From positions 9,257 through 73,256 of the forward strand of contig CAMJWJ010000001.1 of the NCBI GenBank assembly GCA_946409435.1: DNA of 64,000 nt, in the 5' to 3' direction. Source of the DNA: an uncultured Prevotella sp. GTDB taxonomy: Bacteria > Bacteroidota > Bacteroidia > Bacteroidales > Bacteroidaceae. The notes under the pieces were generated by a model. The model was not told the DNA's origin, did not search any database, and saw nothing but the letters and a program-made list of their open reading frames with translations. Each line of letters opens with the position of its first letter. Position 1 is the stretch's first letter. Of this stretch, positions 18,401-25,822 are shown in pieces. The position numbers and the translations under genes are program-made.

Positions 18401-18701
18401 TGTGCCCATCTTGAAGCTGGGCGACTCGAAGAACTGGGTCATCAGCGACCTCTACGTACAGGATGCTTCCTATCTGCGTCTGAAGAACATCTCGCTGGGC
18501 TATACGCTGCCGCGCAGCATCACGCGCAAGGCCGGCATCGACCGCTTACGCGTCTATGTCAGAGGCGAGAACATCATCACATGGACCAAGTATTGGGGCT
18601 TCGACCCGGAAATCGGTTCTGGCAGCACTTCAATGGGTGTTGACTACGGTGTCTATCCGCAGGCCCGCACATGGACAGTAGGTTTCAATGTATCCCTGTA
18701 A
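15492..18701 (+). CDS. susC: SusC/RagA TonB-dependent transporter
   Basis: Motifs [10 protein letters not shown] and [36 protein letters not shown]; C-terminal [15 protein letters not shown]. Confidence 0.97.
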   Translation: [1069 protein letters not shown]

Positions 18702-18752
18702 AGGTGAAAAGGTGAAAAATTGAATAGTGATAAACAGAAAAACAATATAATT

Positions 18753-20294
18753 ATGAAAACAAATATCATCAATAAGGCAAAAGGACTGGTGAAAGCTGTT
18801 TTACCTTTTTACCTTTTTACCCTTTTACCTTTAGCTACCTCTTGTAGCGACGACTTCCTGGAGGTATCGAAGCCAGACGGCGACCCCTTGGAGGAATATT
18901 ATACGACCGATGCCCGACTGTTCGAGTCGCTGGTGTCTGCCTATTCTCCCCTGCACTGGCCCGACTGGGATGGTACGGCATACAACGACCTGACCGTCGA
19001 TGCCGAGATCCTGGGCGACGACTTCTGGGTGGGCGGTGCCAGAATTACCGACAACCAGCACTGGCACAAGCTGTTCAACTTCGAGGGCGACGGCAATAAT
19101 ACGCTGGCTACCCTCTGGGGCGACTTCTATAGTGGCATTAAGCGTTGCAACGACGTCATCCTGTATTGCTCGTGGGGTGGCGGTACGGCTCAGAACCGCC
19201 GTTCCTACGAGATGGAGGCCCGTCTGCTTCGCGTGTACTATTATAATATCCTGTGGCACTACTATGGCAACGTGCCCTTCTTCCTGGAGAACCTGACCAT
19301 GCCTTACACCGCTCCGCAGCTGACGGCTGACGAAATCTATGTCAAGCTGTTGCCCGAACTGGAGAGCATCATCCAGTCGAAGGTGCTGCCTATGCGCTGG
19401 GACAATGCTGACGCAGGTCGTGTCTCGCAGGCTTTCGCCTATATGCTCTACGCCGAAATGGTGATGTATCAGAACGATACAGCCCGCTATCCCCAGGCAC
19501 TGAGTTTCATGAAGGAGATTATCGGCAACTCAGAGTATTCGCTGAACCCCAGTTTCAGTAATCTGTGGGAAGAGAGCGGCGAGTGGTGCGCGGAGTCAAT
19601 CTTTGAAATCAACTACGACGACGATAGCGCCCAGCGCGACTGGGGTACCTCGATGTTTGCCGGTGGTACCGTGTTCCCGACGCTGTGCTCGCCCAACAGC
19701 TGGCCTGGTGGCGACGGATGGAACACGGGTGAAGACGGCTGGGGATTCCTGCCCATGCGTATAGAGACTTACAACATGTTTGCCGACAACGACCGCCGTC
19801 GTGACGCTACCTGCTGGGATGTCCGTGGCATAGAATATACTGAGCGCTATCAGGACACTCATATCTGGCATGGCAAGTATCGCCCGCAGAGTGCCAACAA
19901 TCAGGATTGTCCTACGTCGAAGAACCTGAACTACAACAACAACAAGCGTATCTATCGCTATGCCGAGACACTGCTCAACGCTGCTGAGTTGCTGCTGGCT
20001 ACTGGCGGCAGTGCTTCCGAGGCTGCTGACTATGTCAATGAGGTGCGCGAGCGTGCCGGACTGGACAAGCTGGCCAGCGTGACGGTTGACGACATCCTCA
20101 ACGAGCGTCATCTGGAGTTCTGTGGCGAGGGTAAGCGTTACTTCGACCTCGTACGTACCGGCAAGGCTGCCAGCGTGCTGGTTCCTGATAACTATCAGTA
20201 TCGTACCAACAGCTGGACACCGAACAAGAAGCATATTCCTCTGCCTCAGTCGGAGCTCGATGCTGATCCGACTCTGAAGCCTAATGAGTATTGA
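18753..20294 (+). CDS. susD: SusD/RagB lipoprotein
   Basis: Lipobox ATSC; motifs IYRYAETLLNAAE and NERHLEFCGEGKRYFDLVR; directly follows susC. Confidence 0.95.
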   Translation: MKTNIINKAKGLVKAVLPFYLFTLLPLATSCSDDFLEVSKPDGDPLEEYYTTDARLFESLVSAYSPLHWPDWDGTAYNDLTVDAEILGDDFWVGGARITDNQHWHKLFNFEGDGNNTLATLWGDFYSGIKRCNDVILYCSWGGGTAQNRRSYEMEARLLRVYYYNILWHYYGNVPFFLENLTMPYTAPQLTADEIYVKLLPELESIIQSKVLPMRWDNADAGRVSQAFAYMLYAEMVMYQNDTARYPQALSFMKEIIGNSEYSLNPSFSNLWEESGEWCAESIFEINYDDDSAQRDWGTSMFAGGTVFPTLCSPNSWPGGDGWNTGEDGWGFLPMRIETYNMFADNDRRRDATCWDVRGIEYTERYQDTHIWHGKYRPQSANNQDCPTSKNLNYNNNKRIYRYAETLLNAAELLLATGGSASEAADYVNEVRERAGLDKLASVTVDDILNERHLEFCGEGKRYFDLVRTGKAASVLVPDNYQYRTNSWTPNKKHIPLPQSELDADPTLKPNEY

Positions 20295-20343
20295 CTAATG
20301 AATAATTAATAATTAATAATGAATAATTGTAAACGAAACGATT

Positions 20344-22293
20344 ATGAAGACAAATATATATAATAAGGTTAAGGGACTGGTGAAGACTGTTTTACCTTTT
20401 TACCTTCTTACCCTTTTACCTTTAGCCACGGCCTGCTCGCCCGACAGCTTCGACGGAGCCGACGAGACGCAGATCCCTATCGTCAGCGGACAGGACTTTA
20501 CCATGATTGTTGACCAGGAGACCAATCAGGTGCAGGTCAGCTATCCAGAGACCCCCGGTGTCTATCCCATCTGGACCTTCAACGGAGCCAACTACTCCAC
20601 GCTGAACAATGCCGGTTACCAGAACAACAAGAAAGGCACGTACTATGTCGAGATGAGATTGGGCAACCGCAACGGCTTCAGTCAGGGAGCTATCCGCAAG
20701 GAGTTCACGTTCAACGAGACAAAGGCTAACTTTACCACCGAGCTGAACCGACTGAGCGCCAAGGAGTGGCGTATCGACTATGCCGAACCTGCCCATCTGG
20801 CTTGTGGCCCTTACGGGGGCGACGGTTCGGGCTGGTGGAATGCTGCACCCAGCGAGAAGAAGGACTTCGGTGTCTACGACGACCGTATCAGCTTTGTCAG
20901 CGATGGCCTGATGGGTGGTACGTTCACCTACGACCCGGGTGCTGACGGCATGACGTATATCAACATCAATAGCACTATCTTCGACAATGGCGGCTCATCG
21001 GCTGACTTTGACACACCGACTCAGCTGCAGGCATCAACCTTCACACTGAAGAAAGGCGACTGGACGGATGGCGAGGGCAACGTGATTGAGACCAACTTCC
21101 TCGAACTGGCTCCCAATACGCTGTTCCCCTACATCAGCCACGACCGCCAGTACCAGGCTCCACGCTTCCGTATTGAGACGCTCACCGCCTCAAAGTTGGT
21201 GCTCATCTACGAGAACCAGCCTGATGCCATCTCCTGGCGCTTCATCTTCACCAACAAAGCCGAAGAGAAAGCCTTCGAGGGCTTCGATGCCAACAGCCAG
21301 TTTAATATGTGGAAGGGGGTCGCACCCGTCATGGAGTTCTGGTATGCTCCTGGCTGGAACCAGATTGCTGACCCAGGATTCACCGACGATGGCAACGACT
21401 ATACCATCGTTCTGCCGCAGGCTACTACCGACCAGTGGCAGGCACAGGTGAAGTTCCATACCGACCTGACGACCGCTGCTGACAAGCACTACGACTTCTC
21501 AGCCATCTTCAATAGCGACAAGGACCTTAACGGTGCTACCGTGAAGCTCGTGCTCGACGGTGACGACGGTGTGTTCTACTTCACTGACCGCATCAACCTC
21601 AAGGCCGGCGAGGATTACATCTTCTGGAAGAGCGACATGCCTGGTATCGATATGAGCAAGGTGATGCTCGTGCTCGACTTCGGCGGCTGTCAGGACAATA
21701 CTACCGTCAATGTTCGTAACATTGTGCTGAAAGACCATGCCAACGACGACGGAACCGTACTGCCCAATGGTGGCGGCGAAGAGGAACAAGGTGGCGTGAA
21801 CTGGGTGGCCGTTGACTCTCCCGACAACCTCGGTGCTGGTTTCAACAGCGTAGGCACCATGGAGTTCTGGTGGGCCGACGGTGGCTGGTCGCAGATAGGC
21901 AATCCTGGCTTCTCGTTCGAGAACGGCGTGTATGTCATCACGGTTACGGAGAACGGTGGCTCAGAATGGCAAGCTCAGTGCTCCATCCACGGTGCAAAGG
22001 TCAACATCGAGGCCGGCCAGCTGTACGATGTGACGGCCACGATAGAGGCCAGTGCTGCTGTCAGCCGTTACACCTTCAAGATCTGTGATGAGAACGACGA
22101 CGACAATACGCTGGTTTACAACGGCAGTCTTTCGTTAGAGGCTGGTGAGAACGAGGTGGTATTTCGGGGCGTGAAAGCTCAGAAGGGCGGTGCCGACAGC
22201 GGCTTTGAGACAGGCAAGCTGTTCATCGACCTTGGCGGTGTCGCACCTGGCACGCAAATCATGTTGAGCAACATCGCCATAGTGAAAAAGTGA
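20344..22293 (+). CDS. Surface glycan-binding lipoprotein (multi-beta-sandwich, SusE/F position)
   Basis: Lipobox ATAC. Internal duplicated domain (MEFWYAPGWNQI..QWQAQ / MEFWWADGGWSQI..EWQAQ). Position in the PUL. Confidence 0.75.
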   Translation: MKTNIYNKVKGLVKTVLPFYLLTLLPLATACSPDSFDGADETQIPIVSGQDFTMIVDQETNQVQVSYPETPGVYPIWTFNGANYSTLNNAGYQNNKKGTYYVEMRLGNRNGFSQGAIRKEFTFNETKANFTTELNRLSAKEWRIDYAEPAHLACGPYGGDGSGWWNAAPSEKKDFGVYDDRISFVSDGLMGGTFTYDPGADGMTYININSTIFDNGGSSADFDTPTQLQASTFTLKKGDWTDGEGNVIETNFLELAPNTLFPYISHDRQYQAPRFRIETLTASKLVLIYENQPDAISWRFIFTNKAEEKAFEGFDANSQFNMWKGVAPVMEFWYAPGWNQIADPGFTDDGNDYTIVLPQATTDQWQAQVKFHTDLTTAADKHYDFSAIFNSDKDLNGATVKLVLDGDDGVFYFTDRINLKAGEDYIFWKSDMPGIDMSKVMLVLDFGGCQDNTTVNVRNIVLKDHANDDGTVLPNGGGEEEQGGVNWVAVDSPDNLGAGFNSVGTMEFWWADGGWSQIGNPGFSFENGVYVITVTENGGSEWQAQCSIHGAKVNIEAGQLYDVTATIEASAAVSRYTFKICDENDDDNTLVYNGSLSLEAGENEVVFRGVKAQKGGADSGFETGKLFIDLGGVAPGTQIMLSNIAIVKK

Positions 22294-22334
22294 AAAGGTG
22301 AATAAGTAAAAAAAGTAAAAAACTATTAAGCATT

Positions 22335-23447
22335 ATGAAACCAATGTTTATATATACGTTACTGACCGCTTGCGGCCTGATGATGACGGGGTGCAGCGGC
22401 GACAAGTACAGTTATTACGAGGGTGGCGCTACGCCCAACACCGAGATTACCGCCACACCGACTACGCTGTCGGTGCCAGTAGAGGGCGATACTTACGCTG
22501 TCGCAGTGGGAACAACGGGCGTAGAATGGAATGCCTACTCCAACGAGCGGTGGATTCAGGTGGAAGCCCAGAATACGGCGTCGCAGTCGGGTACTGCCTA
22601 CGTCGCCGTACAGGAGAATCCATACGCCGACGACCGTGAAGGCTCCGTCGTTGTCATGTCAGGCACGACGCGCAGCCGGATCAGTGTCGTGCAGCGGGGC
22701 GACCCGACGAAGGCCTATCCCGCTCCTGACGGCTACACGCTGGTCTGGAACGACGAGTTCAACGCTGGTTCGGTGCTCAACGCTGACGACTGGACCCACG
22801 AGGTGAAGAACAGCGGTTGGGTGAACAGCGAGCTTCAGAACTATGTCAACCACACCACGCCCGGTGGCGCCAACGTTACCGAGGTAAAGGACGGCCGTCT
22901 GCGCATCACTTGCCTGAAGGAGGATGGCACCGTCTACTCTGGCCGTGTCTATGCCAAGGTTAGCCAGGGCTGGACGTACGGTTATATCGAGGCCAGCATC
23001 AAGCTGCCGAAGGGCAAAGGCACGTGGCCTGCCTTCTGGATGATGCCTGTCAACTTCACCGGCTGGCCCGATAGTGGCGAGATTGACATCATGGAGGAAG
23101 TGGGCGGCCACGCCAACTACGTCAGCAGCTCGCTCCACGCCAATGCTCACGTGCATACCAACAATACGCAGGTGACCCACGAGATGTTCTGCGAAGGTGC
23201 CGAGGACGACTTCCATACCTATGCCATCGAGTGGACAGCAGACAAGATTACGACCTATGTCGACGGAAAGATTCAGTTGGATTACGAAAACCGCGGCCTC
23301 GGCCATGACGACTGGCCCTACGATGCTCCGTTCTATATCATCCTGAACCTTGCATGGGGCGGCACGTGGGGTGGCACCTATGGCATCGATGAGTCGGCAC
23401 TGCCTTGCACCATGGAGGTTGACTACGTACGCGTATTCCAGAAGTAA
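22335..23447 (+). CDS. GH16 laminarinase-type beta-1,3-glucanase lipoprotein with BACON-like domain
   Basis: Motifs WPAFWMM and catalytic SGEIDIMEE; lipobox MTGC. Confidence 0.92.
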   Translation: MKPMFIYTLLTACGLMMTGCSGDKYSYYEGGATPNTEITATPTTLSVPVEGDTYAVAVGTTGVEWNAYSNERWIQVEAQNTASQSGTAYVAVQENPYADDREGSVVVMSGTTRSRISVVQRGDPTKAYPAPDGYTLVWNDEFNAGSVLNADDWTHEVKNSGWVNSELQNYVNHTTPGGANVTEVKDGRLRITCLKEDGTVYSGRVYAKVSQGWTYGYIEASIKLPKGKGTWPAFWMMPVNFTGWPDSGEIDIMEEVGGHANYVSSSLHANAHVHTNNTQVTHEMFCEGAEDDFHTYAIEWTADKITTYVDGKIQLDYENRGLGHDDWPYDAPFYIILNLAWGGTWGGTYGIDESALPCTMEVDYVRVFQK

Positions 23448-23465
23448 AGGTAAAAATGTAAAACA

Positions 23466-25817
23466 ATGAGTAGATTACTGGTGTCTTTGGCACTGCTCCT
23501 TAGCTGGGGCAGTGCCAAAGCTCAAAAGGCTTTGCCTGTTTATCTGGACGAGAGCAAGCCTATTGAGCAGCGTGTCGAGGATGCCTTGCAGCGCATGACG
23601 CTCGACGAGAAGCTGGCTGTCATCCATGCACAGTCGAAGTTCTCGTCTGCTGGTGTCAAACGTCTCGGACTGCCAGAGGTATGGACCGACGACGGACCGC
23701 ACGGCGTACGCCCTGACGTACTGTGGGACGAGTGGCAGCAGGCCGGCCAGACCAATGACTCGTGTGTGGCCTTTCCTGCCCTGACCTGTCTGGCTGCATC
23801 GTGGAATCCCGACGTGGCCCGCAGCTATGGCGAGAGTCTTGGCGAAGAGGCCCTCTACCGTGGCAAGAATGTCATGCTTGGCCCTGGAGTCAATATCTTT
23901 CGTACACCGTTGGCCGGCCGTAACTTCGAGTACATGGGTGAAGACCCGTGGCTGGCCTCCCGTATGGTTGTGCCTTACGTTCAGGGACTGCAGTCGAAAG
24001 GTGTTGCTGCCTGCGTGAAGCACTATGCACTGAACAATGATGAAGAGTATCGCCATCAGGTGAATGTCGTCGTTAGCGACCGTGCCCTGCGTGAGATTTA
24101 CCTGCCAGCCTTCGAGGCTGCTGTCCGCGAGGGTGGTGCGTGGTCCATCATGGGAGCGTACAACCTGTATAAGAACCAACACAATTGTCACAATGAGATA
24201 TTGCTCAACCGCATTCTGAAGCAGGAGTGGGGTTTCGATGGTGTGGTCATCAGCGACTGGGGCGGTGCACACAATACCTTAGAGGCCGTTCACAATGGTC
24301 TTGACATGGAGTTCGGTACGTGGACTGACGGACTGGCCTGGGGCACCAGCAATGCCTATGAAAACTACTACCTGGCACGCCCCTACCGCCAGCTGATTGT
24401 TGAAGGCAAGCTGACTACTCGAGAACTTGACGAGAAAGTGCGACGTGTGTTGCGCTTGATGTTCCGTACCACGATGAACCGCCAGCGTTCCTATGGTTCG
24501 ATGTGCTCTGAGGCCCACTACGATGTTGCTCGCCGTGTGGCCCAGGAGGGTATTGTGCTGCTGAAGAATGCAGCCCCCCTGTCGTCCCACGAGGGGGACA
24601 AGGAACCGCTGTTGCCGCTGACCGTCGACAAGCTCCTGCGCTTCCACGCTTCTAATGAAGCCCCCTCGGGGGCCGTAGGGGGTGCCTCCGTCCTCGTTGT
24701 CGGCGAGAATGCTATCAAGATGATGACCGTTGGTGGCGGCTCTTCGTCGCTGAAGGTGCAGCGAGAGATACTGCCTCTTGATGGGCTGCAGCAGGTGGCC
24801 AGTGACCAATGGCCCGGCTGCCGACTAGACTATGCCCGTGGCTATGTCGGCGACACCATTCAGAGTTACAACGGCGTCACCGTGGGCCGTAGCCTCTACG
24901 ACCTTCGTACGGCTGGCGAGTTACGTGCCGAGGCAGTTGAGAAGGCAGCGAAGGCCGATGTCGTCATTGTCTTCGGAGGACTGAACAAGAGCGACTATCA
25001 GGACTGCGAAGGCCATGACCGCCGTGACTATTCACTGCCTTATGGACAGGATGAGTTGGTTGAAGCCCTGGTGGCTGTCAATCCCCGTGTGGTGTTTGTC
25101 AATATCTCCGGCAACTGCGTAGAGATGCCGTGGATTGACAAGGTGCCTGCTGTCGTACAGGGATGGTTCCTTGGTTCCGAGGCCGGCCATGCGCTGGCCG
25201 ACGTGCTGACGGGTGCTGTAAACCCCAGCGGCAAGCTGCCTTTCTCGTGGTACACCCGACTGAACGACTGTGGTGCCCATGCTACCGGTTCCTATCCTGG
25301 CACTTGGCGGCAGAACGAGCGGATTATCGACGAGGAATACCGCGAGGATGTCTTCGTCGGCTACCGCTGGTTAGACCTTCCCGATAAGGTGCGACGGGCT
25401 AAGTTCAGCGTAAAGAGTGCCAAGCCGCTTTTTGCGTTCGGTCATGGTCTGTCGTACACTACTTTCAAGATTGTTCAGGCGCAGTCCGACAAAAAAGAAA
25501 TGACCCTCGACGACAATATTACGTTCACTGTTAGCGTTAAGAATACAGGAGACCGTATCGGAGCTACCACTGTCCAGCTGTATGTTAGCGATGTCGAGAG
25601 CTCGCTGCCTCGCCCCGTCAAGGAGCTTAAAGCCTTCCGCAAGGTGACGCTTCAGCCTGGCGAACAGCGTGACGTGCAGCTCACCATCGACCGTCGTGCG
25701 CTGAGCTTCTTTGACGACCGCTCACAGCAGTGGACGGCTGAGGCTGGCCAGTTTGAGGCACTGATAGGCTTGGCCTCCGATGATATTCAATCGAAAGTAA
25801 AATTCAAACTGAAGTAA
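23466..25817 (+). CDS. GH3 beta-glucosidase
   Basis: Motifs DGPHGVR, GRNFEYMGEDP, CVKHY, ISDW and NPSGKLPFS; Fn3-like C-terminus. Confidence 0.95.
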   Translation: MSRLLVSLALLLSWGSAKAQKALPVYLDESKPIEQRVEDALQRMTLDEKLAVIHAQSKFSSAGVKRLGLPEVWTDDGPHGVRPDVLWDEWQQAGQTNDSCVAFPALTCLAASWNPDVARSYGESLGEEALYRGKNVMLGPGVNIFRTPLAGRNFEYMGEDPWLASRMVVPYVQGLQSKGVAACVKHYALNNDEEYRHQVNVVVSDRALREIYLPAFEAAVREGGAWSIMGAYNLYKNQHNCHNEILLNRILKQEWGFDGVVISDWGGAHNTLEAVHNGLDMEFGTWTDGLAWGTSNAYENYYLARPYRQLIVEGKLTTRELDEKVRRVLRLMFRTTMNRQRSYGSMCSEAHYDVARRVAQEGIVLLKNAAPLSSHEGDKEPLLPLTVDKLLRFHASNEAPSGAVGGASVLVVGENAIKMMTVGGGSSSLKVQREILPLDGLQQVASDQWPGCRLDYARGYVGDTIQSYNGVTVGRSLYDLRTAGELRAEAVEKAAKADVVIVFGGLNKSDYQDCEGHDRRDYSLPYGQDELVEALVAVNPRVVFVNISGNCVEMPWIDKVPAVVQGWFLGSEAGHALADVLTGAVNPSGKLPFSWYTRLNDCGAHATGSYPGTWRQNERIIDEEYREDVFVGYRWLDLPDKVRRAKFSVKSAKPLFAFGHGLSYTTFKIVQAQSDKKEMTLDDNITFTVSVKNTGDRIGATTVQLYVSDVESSLPRPVKELKAFRKVTLQPGEQRDVQLTIDRRALSFFDDRSQQWTAEAGQFEALIGLASDDIQSKVKFKLK
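24570..24685 (+). repeat. In-frame palindromic cassette in the first GH3 gene
   Basis: Encodes AAPLSSHEGDKEPLLPLTVDKLLRFHASNEAPSGAVGGA; contains two G/C hairpins; homologous to 26995-27118. Confidence 0.75.
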
Positions 25818-25822
25818 AGAAC

